Assembly: GCA_035285125.1 (NCBI GenBank)
Contig: JAYKHR010000033.1
Span: 1 to 12,529, forward strand
Reading direction: 5' to 3'
Source of the DNA: Candidatus Sericytochromatia bacterium
Lineage (GTDB): Bacteria > Cyanobacteriota > Sericytochromatia > S15B-MN24 > JAQBPE01
Length of the DNA: 12,529 nt
Every line of letters starts with the position of its first letter. The first letter of the stretch is position 1. Made by a program: the position numbers and the translations under genes. The notes under the pieces were generated by a model, which saw nothing but the letters and a program-made list of their open reading frames with translations, had not been told where the DNA came from and searched no databases. Positions 6,069 to 12,529 of this stretch are shown here, piece by piece.

Positions 6069-7715
6069 GCTGAAGAACCGGCTGAGCGCCTCGACGATCT
6101 GCCTCTCCAGCTTCTCGACCGCCCGCTCGCCCCGCGCCTGGGCGGCGTCCACCACCTCCACGACCCGCCGCTTGCCCTCGTCGAGCAGCTGCTCGGCCCG
6201 GTCGTCACCCTCCAGGAAGCCGCGGGTGACCATCTCGGGCCCCGCGCGCAGGGCGCCTTCGGCGTCGAGGGCCACGACCGTCGTGACCATCCCCTCCCGT
6301 GCGAGGCGCTGGCGCTCCTTGAGCAGCGGCGGGCCCACGTCCAGCCCGGCCCGGCCGTCCACCAGCGTCGGGGTGGCCGGCACGCGACCGACGATCGCCA
6401 CGCCGTCCGGGCTCACCTCCGCCACGTCACCGTTGTGCAGCACCGCGACGCGCTCGGCCGCCACGCCCATGGCCCGCGCGAGCTCGGCGTGCCGCACGAG
6501 GTGGCGCATCTCGCCGTGCATTGGCACGAAGCAGCGGGGCTTCGTGAAGGCGAGCATGAGCTTGAGCTCTTCCTCGCTGGCGTGGCCCGAGACGTGGGTG
6601 CCGAGCCGGTGGCTCTCGGAGACGACGTGGACGCCCCGATCGAACAGCGCGTTCACGATGCGCCCCACGGCCCGCTCGTTGCCCGGGATCGGGATGGCCG
6701 AGATGACGACGGTGTCGCCGGCATCGAGCCGGATGCCCCGGTGCTCCCCCACGGCGAGGCGCGACAGGCCTGCCATCGGCTCGCCCTGGGAGCCCGTCGT
6801 CAGCACGAGCGCCTGCTCGCGCGGCAGGCCCATCAAGGCATCCGGCTCCACGACCAGGCCCGGCGACCAGCGCAGGTAGCCGAGGGCGTGGGCGCGCTGC
6901 GAGACGTTGACCATGGAACGCCCCACGAACGCGACCTTGCGCCCCTGCCGCTCGGCCGCGTCGAGCACCTGCTGCACGCGGTGGATGTTGCTCGCGAAGG
7001 TCGTGACGACGAGGCGCCCCGTGGCCTTCGCGAAGATCGCGTCGAGGGCGGGGCCCACCGCGGCCTCCGAGGGGGTGAAGCCTGGCCGCAGCACGTTGGT
7101 GGAGTCGCTGAGCAGCAGCAGCAGCCCCTCCTCGCCGAGGCGCGTGAGGGCGTGGAAGTCTGCCCGCTGGCCGTCGATCGGCGTGGGGTCGAGCTTGAAG
7201 TCGCCGCTGTAGAGCACGGTGCCGACGGGCGTCTTCACGCTGATGGCGACGGAGTCTGGGATCGAGTGCGGCACGCGCAGGAACTCAAGCGTCACCGACC
7301 CCAGCGTGACGGGGTCGCGCACGTCCATCCGCAGCAGGGGGATGCGGCCGAGCAGCCCGTGTTCCTGCAGCTTGCCCTCGATCAGGCTCTTCGTGAGGGG
7401 CGTCGCGTAGACGGGCACCGGCACCCGGTCGAGCAGGTACGGCAGGCCCCCGATGTGGTCCTCGTGACCGTGGCTGATGAACACGCCCCGCACCAGCTCC
7501 GCATGCGCCTCCAGGTAGGTGTAGTCGGGCAGCACGTAGTCGACGCCGTGCATGTCCTCGCTGGGGAAGGCGAAGCCGCAGTCGAGCACGACGATGTCGT
7601 CGCCGGCCCGCACGCACCACATGTTCTTGCCGATCTCGCCGAGGCCCCCGAGGGGCACGACGTGCAGGGTGCCGGGGGCCGGGGCGGCGGTGTGGCCTGC
7701 GGGGGCGTCCGTCAC
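6018..7715 (-). CDS. rnj: Ribonuclease J (beta-CASP metallo-beta-lactamase family)
   Basis: PLGGLGEIGKNM, SHGHEDHIGG (HxHxDH), HSIPD, GDFK, SDSTN, TGSQGEP, IPGNE, HVSGHA and PMHGE are all present. The GTG start overlaps the dapA stop (GTGA). Confidence 0.97.
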   Translation of the reverse strand: MTDAPAGHTAAPAPGTLHVVPLGGLGEIGKNMWCVRAGDDIVVLDCGFAFPSEDMHGVDYVLPDYTYLEAHAELVRGVFISHGHEDHIGGLPYLLDRVPVPVYATPLTKSLIEGKLQEHGLLGRIPLLRMDVRDPVTLGSVTLEFLRVPHSIPDSVAISVKTPVGTVLYSGDFKLDPTPIDGQRADFHALTRLGEEGLLLLLSDSTNVLRPGFTPSEAAVGPALDAIFAKATGRLVVTTFASNIHRVQQVLDAAERQGRKVAFVGRSMVNVSQRAHALGYLRWSPGLVVEPDALMGLPREQALVLTTGSQGEPMAGLSRLAVGEHRGIRLDAGDTVVISAIPIPGNERAVGRIVNALFDRGVHVVSESHRLGTHVSGHASEEELKLMLAFTKPRCFVPMHGEMRHLVRHAELARAMGVAAERVAVLHNGDVAEVSPDGVAIVGRVPATPTLVDGRAGLDVGPPLLKERQRLAREGMVTTVVALDAEGALRAGPEMVTRGFLEGDDRAEQLLDEGKRRVVEVVDAAQARGERAVEKLERQIVEALSRFFSERTGRKPLQLVVVQRV

Positions 7716-8614
7716 CGGGCGGGCGCCTCGCTCGGCCGCACGGCCGCGACGGCCTCGTCGACCGTGGCCTGCGCCCGGGCGTCGCAGCCCACGAGCGGCA
7801 GCCGCACGCCGCCGACGGGGAAGCCCAAGGTGGCGAGCGCATGCTTGGTGGGGGCTGGCGAGGGCGCGCAGAAGAGGGCCTTGCCGATGGCATAGGTCCG
7901 CTCGTGCAGGCGGCGGGCCTCGGCCACGTCGCCGCGGGCCCAGGCCTCGAGCATCGCCTTGAGGTCGCGGGCGGCCACGTGGGCCGAGACGCTGATGACG
8001 CCGTGGGCGCCGATGGCCATGTAGGGCAGGGTCAGCGGGTCGTCCCCGCTCCAGATGACGAACCCCGGGCCGGCCGCCAGGCGGTATGCCGTGACGAGGT
8101 CCAGGTTGCCCGAGGAGTCCTTCACGCCCACCACCGTCGGCAGCTGGGCGAGCTCGGCCATCGTCGCGGGCTCGATGGTGACGCCCGTGCGGCCCGGGTG
8201 GTTGTACAGGATGACGGGCAGCGCCGTCGCCTCGGCGACGGCCGTGAAGTGGGCCCGCAGCCCGGCCTGGTCGGGCTTGTTGTAGTAAGGGTTGACCACC
8301 AGCAGGCCGTCGCAGCCGGCCTCCGCGGCTGCCACCGACAGCGCACAGGCCACGCGCGTGTCGTTGGTGCCCGTGCCGGCGATGACCGTGCCGCGCCCGT
8401 CGACGGCCTTCACCACGCTGTGGAACAGCGCCACCTTCTCGTCGTCCGACAGCGTCGGGCTCTCCCCCGTGGTGCCGCTCACGACCACCCCGTCGCAGCC
8501 CTCGGCGATGAGCCGCAGGGCGAGCTCGCCGGCGCGGGCGTGGTCCACCTGCCCCTCGGCGTCGAAGGGCGTCACCATGGCCGTCAGCAGGCGGCCGAGC
8601 TCGCGGGACTTCAT
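7712..8614 (-). CDS. dapA: 4-hydroxy-tetrahydrodipicolinate synthase (DHDPS)
   Basis: TAMVTPF, GTTGES, PYYNKP, LYNxPGRTG, Schiff-base Lys in GVKDSSG, SGDD and GVISV. AAGGAG RBS at 8620-8625. Clustered with asd and dapB. Confidence 0.96.
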   Translation of the reverse strand: MKSRELGRLLTAMVTPFDAEGQVDHARAGELALRLIAEGCDGVVVSGTTGESPTLSDDEKVALFHSVVKAVDGRGTVIAGTGTNDTRVACALSVAAAEAGCDGLLVVNPYYNKPDQAGLRAHFTAVAEATALPVILYNHPGRTGVTIEPATMAELAQLPTVVGVKDSSGNLDLVTAYRLAAGPGFVIWSGDDPLTLPYMAIGAHGVISVSAHVAARDLKAMLEAWARGDVAEARRLHERTYAIGKALFCAPSPAPTKHALATLGFPVGGVRLPLVGCDARAQATVDEAVAAVRPSEAPAR

Positions 8615-8619
8615 GTCAA

Positions 8620-8625
8620 CTCCTT
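8620..8625 (-). promoter_or_regulatory. Shine-Dalgarno site of dapA
   Basis: The minus strand reads AAGGAG-ttgac-ATG. Confidence 0.75.
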
Positions 8626-8634
8626 CCGTGGGCT

Positions 8635-9666
8635 TCAGGCGAGGGTGGGGGCCGCGAGCAGGCCGCGGGCGACCAGCGCCTCCGCGATCTGCACGGCGTT
8701 GAGGGCGGCGCCCTTGCGCAGGTTGTCCGAGACGAGCCAGAGGTTCAGCCCGTGCGGGTGCGAGACGTCCTCGCGCAGGCGACCGACGTAGGTGTCGTCG
8801 GTGCCGGCGAGCTCGCGCGGGCGGGGGTAGGCGTGGGTGGCGGGGTCGTCCATCAGCGTGACGCCAGGGGTCCGGCTCAGCAGCTCGCGGGCGGCCTCCG
8901 GAGAGACGGGGCCCTCGAACTCGATGTTGACGCTCTCGCTGTGGCAGACCATCACGGGCACGCGCACGGCCGTCGCCGTGACGCGCAGGTGCGGGTCTTC
9001 GAGGATCTTGCGGCTCTCGTTCGTGACCTTGAGCTCTTCCTTGGTGTAGCCGTTCGGCGTGAAGGCGTCGATGGCGGGCACGAGGTTGAAGGCGATGGGG
9101 TGCCGGATGTGCTGCGCCACCGCCTCGCCGCCGGCGAGCACCGCGGCCGTCTGGTCCCGCAGCTCGTCCATCGCCTCCTTGCCAGCCCCGGAGACCGACT
9201 GGTAGGTGGAGACGACGACGCGCACCAGCGGCGAGAGCTGCCGCAGGGCGTTCAGCACCACCACCAGCGGCGCCGTCGAGCAGTTCGGGTTGGCGATGAT
9301 GCCCCGGTGGCTGTCGAGCGCATGGGCGTTGACCTCGGGCACGACGAGCGGCACATCCTCCCGCATCCGGAAGGCGCTGGTGTTGTCGATGACGACGCAG
9401 CCTGCCGCGACGGCCGCCGGGGCGAGCGCCTCCGAGACCTCGCCACCGGCGGAGCTCAGCACCACGTCGATGCCCCGGAAGGCCTCGGGCGTGGCCTCCT
9501 TCACCGTCCAGGAGCGCCCCTCGTGGGTCACCACCTGCCCGGCCGAGCGGGCCGAGGCGAGCAGCGTCAGCTCGCGCACGGGGAACTTTCGGGCAAAGAG
9601 CGTCCTGAGCATTTCCTGCCCAACGGCGCCGGTGGCGCCGAGGATCGCGACGTGGAAGCCGGACAT
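8635..9666 (-). CDS. asd: Aspartate-semialdehyde dehydrogenase
   Basis: VAILGATGAVG, LASARSAG, VIDNTSAFRM, VPLVVPEVN, catalytic NPNCST, STYQSVSGAG, RVPV..HSE and DNLRKGAALNAVQIAE. ATG 9666 is preferred (GAGGGAG 6 nt upstream); GTG 9681 overlapping the dapB stop is the alternative. Confidence 0.97.
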   Translation of the reverse strand: MSGFHVAILGATGAVGQEMLRTLFARKFPVRELTLLASARSAGQVVTHEGRSWTVKEATPEAFRGIDVVLSSAGGEVSEALAPAAVAAGCVVIDNTSAFRMREDVPLVVPEVNAHALDSHRGIIANPNCSTAPLVVVLNALRQLSPLVRVVVSTYQSVSGAGKEAMDELRDQTAAVLAGGEAVAQHIRHPIAFNLVPAIDAFTPNGYTKEELKVTNESRKILEDPHLRVTATAVRVPVMVCHSESVNIEFEGPVSPEAARELLSRTPGVTLMDDPATHAYPRPRELAGTDDTYVGRLREDVSHPHGLNLWLVSDNLRKGAALNAVQIAEALVARGLLAAPTLA

Positions 9667-9677
9667 GGGTCTCTCCC

Positions 9678-10478
9678 TCACAGCAGGTGCTCGAGCCCGT
9701 GGACCAGGCCCGTGCGATCGAGGATGCGGCGGATCCCGAGGAGCACGCCGGGCATGTAGCAGGCGCGCGAGAAGGCGTCGTGGCGGATCGTCAGCAGCTG
9801 CCCTTCGCCACCGAGCAGCACCTCCTGGTGGGCCAGCAGCCCCGGGAGCCGCACGCTGTGCACGCGGATGCCGGCCGCCTCGCCGCCCCTGGCGCCTGGG
9901 AGCGTCTCCTCGCCGGCGATAGCCGGGGGGTGGAAGTCGGCGCGGTCGGCGCGCATCGCCTCCACCGTCTTGAGGGCCGTGCCGGAGGGGGCATCGCGCT
10001 TGCGGTCGTGGTGCAGCTCGACGATCTCAGCGTGGTCGAAGTAGCGGGCCGCCTCCGCGGCGAAGCGCATCATCAGGATCGCGCCGAGGGCGAAGTTGGG
10101 GGCGACCAGCACGCCGAGGCCCCGGGCCTGGGCCGCCGCCTCCAGCGCGCCCAGCTCGGACGCCGTCAGGCCCGTGGTCCCGATGACGGGGCGCACGCCC
10201 GCCGCGAGGGCCGCCTCCGCCACGCCGTGCACGGTATCGGGCCGTGTGAAGTCCACCAGCACGTGGGGGCGGGTCTCGCCGAGGGCGGCCTCGAGGTCGT
10301 CTCGCAGCGGCAGCCCGAGCGCCGGCAGGCCCGCCACCGTGCCCGCGTCCTGGCCGACATGGCGCGGCGCGACGGCCGCGACCAGCGCCATGTCGGGGGC
10401 CGCGGTCACGGCCCGCACGACCTCGCGCCCCATCTGCCCCGCGGCGCCGGTGAGGGCGACGCGGATGGGGGCCGTCAC
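9678..10478 (-). CDS. dapB: 4-hydroxy-tetrahydrodipicolinate reductase
   Basis: IRVALTGAAGQMG, VDFT, VIGTTG, APNF, catalytic ELHHDRKRDAPSGTA and HSVRLPG..AHQEV. Start reassigned to GTG 10478, which overlaps the dut stop (GTGA); the ORF-track start at 10574 lies inside dut. Confidence 0.96.
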   Translation of the reverse strand: MTAPIRVALTGAAGQMGREVVRAVTAAPDMALVAAVAPRHVGQDAGTVAGLPALGLPLRDDLEAALGETRPHVLVDFTRPDTVHGVAEAALAAGVRPVIGTTGLTASELGALEAAAQARGLGVLVAPNFALGAILMMRFAAEAARYFDHAEIVELHHDRKRDAPSGTALKTVEAMRADRADFHPPAIAGEETLPGARGGEAAGIRVHSVRLPGLLAHQEVLLGGEGQLLTIRHDAFSRACYMPGVLLGIRRILDRTGLVHGLEHLL

Positions 10479-10909
10479 GCCTGCACCCCCGATGAGCCCC
10501 AGCCCTCGGTGCGGGCCGTGCCCGTCACGGCCTCGACGGCCTCGAAGGTGGGGTGGGTGTAGCGCTCGATGCACAGCTGCGCGATGCGATCGCCCGGTTG
10601 GATGGAGAAGGTTTCCGGGCCAAAGTTGTACAGCAGGACCCTCACGGGGTGGCGGAAGCCCTGGTCGATGAGCCCTGCCCCCACCTCGATGCCGTGCTTG
10701 AGGCTCAGCCCCGATCGGGAGTGCAGCCGCGCCCGGAAGCCCTCGGGCAGCTCCAGCACGAGCCCCGTCTCAACGAGCGCCCGCCCCCCGGGGGGGATCG
10801 CGCAAGGCTCGCACGCGGCCACGTCAGCGGCCACGTCTCCCGGCTGGGAGACGCGGGGCAGGACGGCCTGCGGGTGCGTGAGCTGGATGCGGAGGTGGGT
10901 GGTGTCCAT
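10475..10909 (-). CDS. dut: Trimeric dUTP diphosphatase (dUTPase) with divergent motifs
   Basis: The five dUTPase motifs appear in order: AADV (I, divergent), RSGL (II), GLIDQGFR (III), GDRIAQL (IV), RTEGWGSSG (V, divergent). 144 aa. Confidence 0.9.
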   Translation of the reverse strand: MDTTHLRIQLTHPQAVLPRVSQPGDVAADVAACEPCAIPPGGRALVETGLVLELPEGFRARLHSRSGLSLKHGIEVGAGLIDQGFRHPVRVLLYNFGPETFSIQPGDRIAQLCIERYTHPTFEAVEAVTGTARTEGWGSSGVQA

Positions 10910-10938
10910 GGTGGGCAGGGCGCAAACGCGCGGCCATC

Positions 10939-10947
10939 AGTGTAACA
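10939..10947 (-). promoter_or_regulatory. Candidate extended -10 promoter (TGn-TACACT) for the dut-dapB-asd-dapA-rnj operon
   Basis: The minus strand reads TTA-TGT-TACACT about 30 nt upstream of the dut ATG, in the only AT-rich patch of this intergenic region. No -35 at canonical spacing. Confidence 0.55.
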
Positions 10948-10998
10948 TAACCCCTCGGCCTGCCGGGGGCCCGTCCGGGGTCAATGCCTGCCTCCCGC

Positions 10999-11027
10999 TT
11001 GGCGCGCCGCCGCCCCACGCGCACCAT
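10999..11027 (+). promoter_or_regulatory. Candidate promoter for the histidine kinase (possibly leaderless transcript)
   Basis: TTGGCG (10999-11004), 17 bp, CACCAT (11022-11027), 6 bp, ATG (11034). No SD is visible. Confidence 0.3.
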
Positions 11028-11033
11028 GGCCCC

Positions 11034-12401
11034 ATGACCGATGCGGCGAACAACCTGCCCGGGGCGGAGCCCCCGAGGCCTGAACCGCCCACCGCCGAGC
11101 TGGTCGATCAGCTGCGCCGGGAGGCTCTGGCCCAGGCGCGCGCGCGCGCCGAGCTGGAGCAGGCCCTGCAAGCGGGGACCGTGGAGCTCGTGCGCGTCCG
11201 CGAGGAGGCTGCCAGCCTGCGGCGGCAGGTGGCGCGCTTCGACGTCCCCGTGGACGCGAGCCTGCCAGGCGTGGCCGAGGCGCAACAGCGCAGCGCGCGG
11301 GTCGTCGAGGCCCTGCCCGTCGCGATCGCCTACCTGGATCGGGACCTCGTCTGCCGCTGGGTCAACGCGGCGTTCGTGCAGATGGCGGGCCGACCCCGCG
11401 CGGAGATGGTCGGGTGTTCCCTGCCATTGCTCTTCCCGCAGGCGCCGACCGACGTGATCACGACGCTCAAGACCCTGTTCACCTCGGGGACGTCCAGCGC
11501 CCCGGTGCAGCTGCCGATCTTCCAGGCCGGGACCTCAGGGGCTGCGGCCCAGCACTGGGACGTGCTGGCCCTGCCCCTGCTGGGCGAGGGCGACAGGCCC
11601 GAGGGCATCCTGCTCGCCATCGAGGTGACGGCCCGGGTGGAGGAGGGCCTGGCCCAGGCCGCGCGGATCGAGCGCCTGACGGAGCTCGACCGGTTGAAGG
11701 GGGACTTCCTCAGCATGGTCTCCCACGAGCTGCGCACGCCCCTGACGGCGATCGCGGGCTACGCGGAGTTCCTGGAGGAGGAGACGAACGGCTCGCTCAC
11801 GCCCCAGCAGCGCACCTACGTGCAGGCCATCCAGGCCGCCGAGGGACGAATCCGCGGCATGGTCGACGACCTGCTCGACTTCGCGCGCATCGAGGCAGGG
11901 ACCTTCTCGCTCGCGGTCCAGCCGGTCGACATGGTGGCGGTGAGCCGCCATGCCCTGGCCGTGCTGCTCCCGGCCGGGGAGGCGGGGCGGGTCGCCACCA
12001 CCCTGACGGACTGCCCCCCCGCCCTGCGGGTGATGGCGGACCCCGAGCGGCTGCTGCAGGTGCTGCTGAACGTCGTGGGCAACGCCATCAAGTTCACGCC
12101 AGCGGGGGGCCGCGTGTCCGTCACGCTGGAACAGCGGGGCGCGGAGGCCCTCGTGGCCGTCCACGACACGGGCATCGGCATCCCGGCAAGCGCCCTGTCA
12201 CAGGTCTTCGATCGCTTCTATCAGGTCGACTCCACCAGCACGCGCGCCCGCGGCGGCGTGGGGCTGGGCCTCGCCATCGCCAAGTCGCTCGTCGAGCGGC
12301 AGGGCGGCCGGATGGGCGTGGAGAGCGAGCCGGGGCAGGGCACGTCGTTCTGGTTCAGGCTGCCGCTGGCCGAGGCGCCGACGGCGGCGCCGGCCCCCTG
12401 A
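11034..12401 (+). CDS. Soluble PAS-domain sensor histidine kinase (coiled coil-PAS-HisKA-HATPase_c), 455 aa
   Basis: H box [14 protein letters not shown] box [13 protein letters not shown]1 DTGIGIP, F box VFDRFYQV and G2 [12 protein letters not shown]-like [22 protein letters not shown]...G.PRAEMVG. No transmembrane stretch seen. Start reassigned to ATG 11034 because the ORF-track extension is antisense to dut. Confidence 0.93.
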   Translation: MTDAANNLPGAEPPRPEPPTAELVDQLRREALAQARARAELEQALQAGTVELVRVREEAASLRRQVARFDVPVDASLPGVAEAQQRSARVVEALPVAIAYLDRDLVCRWVNAAFVQMAGRPRAEMVGCSLPLLFPQAPTDVITTLKTLFTSGTSSAPVQLPIFQAGTSGAAAQHWDVLALPLLGEGDRPEGILLAIEVTARVEEGLAQAARIERLTELDRLKGDFLSMVSHELRTPLTAIAGYAEFLEEETNGSLTPQQRTYVQAIQAAEGRIRGMVDDLLDFARIEAGTFSLAVQPVDMVAVSRHALAVLLPAGEAGRVATTLTDCPPALRVMADPERLLQVLLNVVGNAIKFTPAGGRVSVTLEQRGAEALVAVHDTGIGIPASALSQVFDRFYQVDSTSTRARGGVGLGLAIAKSLVERQGGRMGVESEPGQGTSFWFRLPLAEAPTAAPAP

Positions 12402-12405
12402 CCCC

Positions 12406-12529
12406 TCACCGCGGCAGCAGGCTCGCCCCCATCAGGAACGCATCCACGGCATGCGCGCACTGCCTGCCCTCGCGGATGGCCCACACCACCAGGGACTGGC
12501 CGCGGCGCATGTCGCCCGCGGCGAAGAGC
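12406..12529 (-). CDS. gltD: Glutamate synthase small (beta) subunit, 3' end only; gene continues beyond the window
   Basis: My translation of the minus strand from 12528 gives [40 protein letters not shown], matching the characteristic GltD C-terminal [21 protein letters not shown] motif. TGA at 12406-12408. Absent from the ORF track. Confidence 0.92.
   Translation of the reverse strand, partial: LFAAGDMRRGQSLVVWAIREGRQCAHAVDAFLMGASLLPR

Noticed and set aside
2422..10562. Many long antisense or alternate-frame ORFs (e.g. 2422-3552, 3588-4643, 4647-6011, 6435-7895, 7841-8791, 8752-9759, 9687-10562)
   Set aside because: These are shadow ORFs expected from high-GC codon usage opposite well-supported genes, with no recognisable motifs.
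10479..10574. ORF-track N-terminal extension of dapB
   Set aside because: It lies inside dut. The DapB Rossmann motif begins immediately after GTG 10478.
10784..10796. C6G7 palindromic run in dut
   Set aside because: It simply encodes Pro-Pro-Gly-Gly, with no evidence of frameshift or regulatory role.
10569..11033. ORF-track N-terminal extension of the histidine kinase (610 aa)
   Set aside because: It is antisense to dut and spans the intergenic promoter region. Protein-like sequence begins at ATG 11034.
10586..11755. Three GCGATCGC (cyanobacterial HIP1) octamers at 10586, 11322 and 11748
   Set aside because: Too few to show enrichment in a GC-rich window, and all fall in ordinary coding sequence.

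Overview
High-GC bacterial window (roughly 70-75% GC by eye). Left to right it holds: (1) a GT2-family glycosyltransferase; (2) a divergently transcribed cluster of three predicted lipoproteins around a very AT-rich control region, all sharing an uncharacterised ~130-aa FN3/Ig-like N-terminal domain followed by 0, 6 or 12 NHL beta-propeller repeats; (3) a minus-strand housekeeping operon dut-dapB-asd-dapA-rnj, partly joined by GTGA stop/start overlaps; (4) a soluble PAS-HisKA-HATPase sensor kinase with no partner in the window; (5) the 3' end of gltD, which the ORF track misses. No RNA gene, CRISPR array, integrase or transposase is visible. The best candidate for an undescribed system is the three-lipoprotein cluster, possibly a surface adhesin or filament. 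Other oddities are a 22-bp inverted duplication straddling the rnj stop codon and a dUTPase that resembles the eukaryote/virus type with altered motifs. The Dap proteins and gene order suggest a Terrabacteria host, possibly a non-photosynthetic relative of cyanobacteria (inference only). All calls come from reading motifs by eye; no searches were run.
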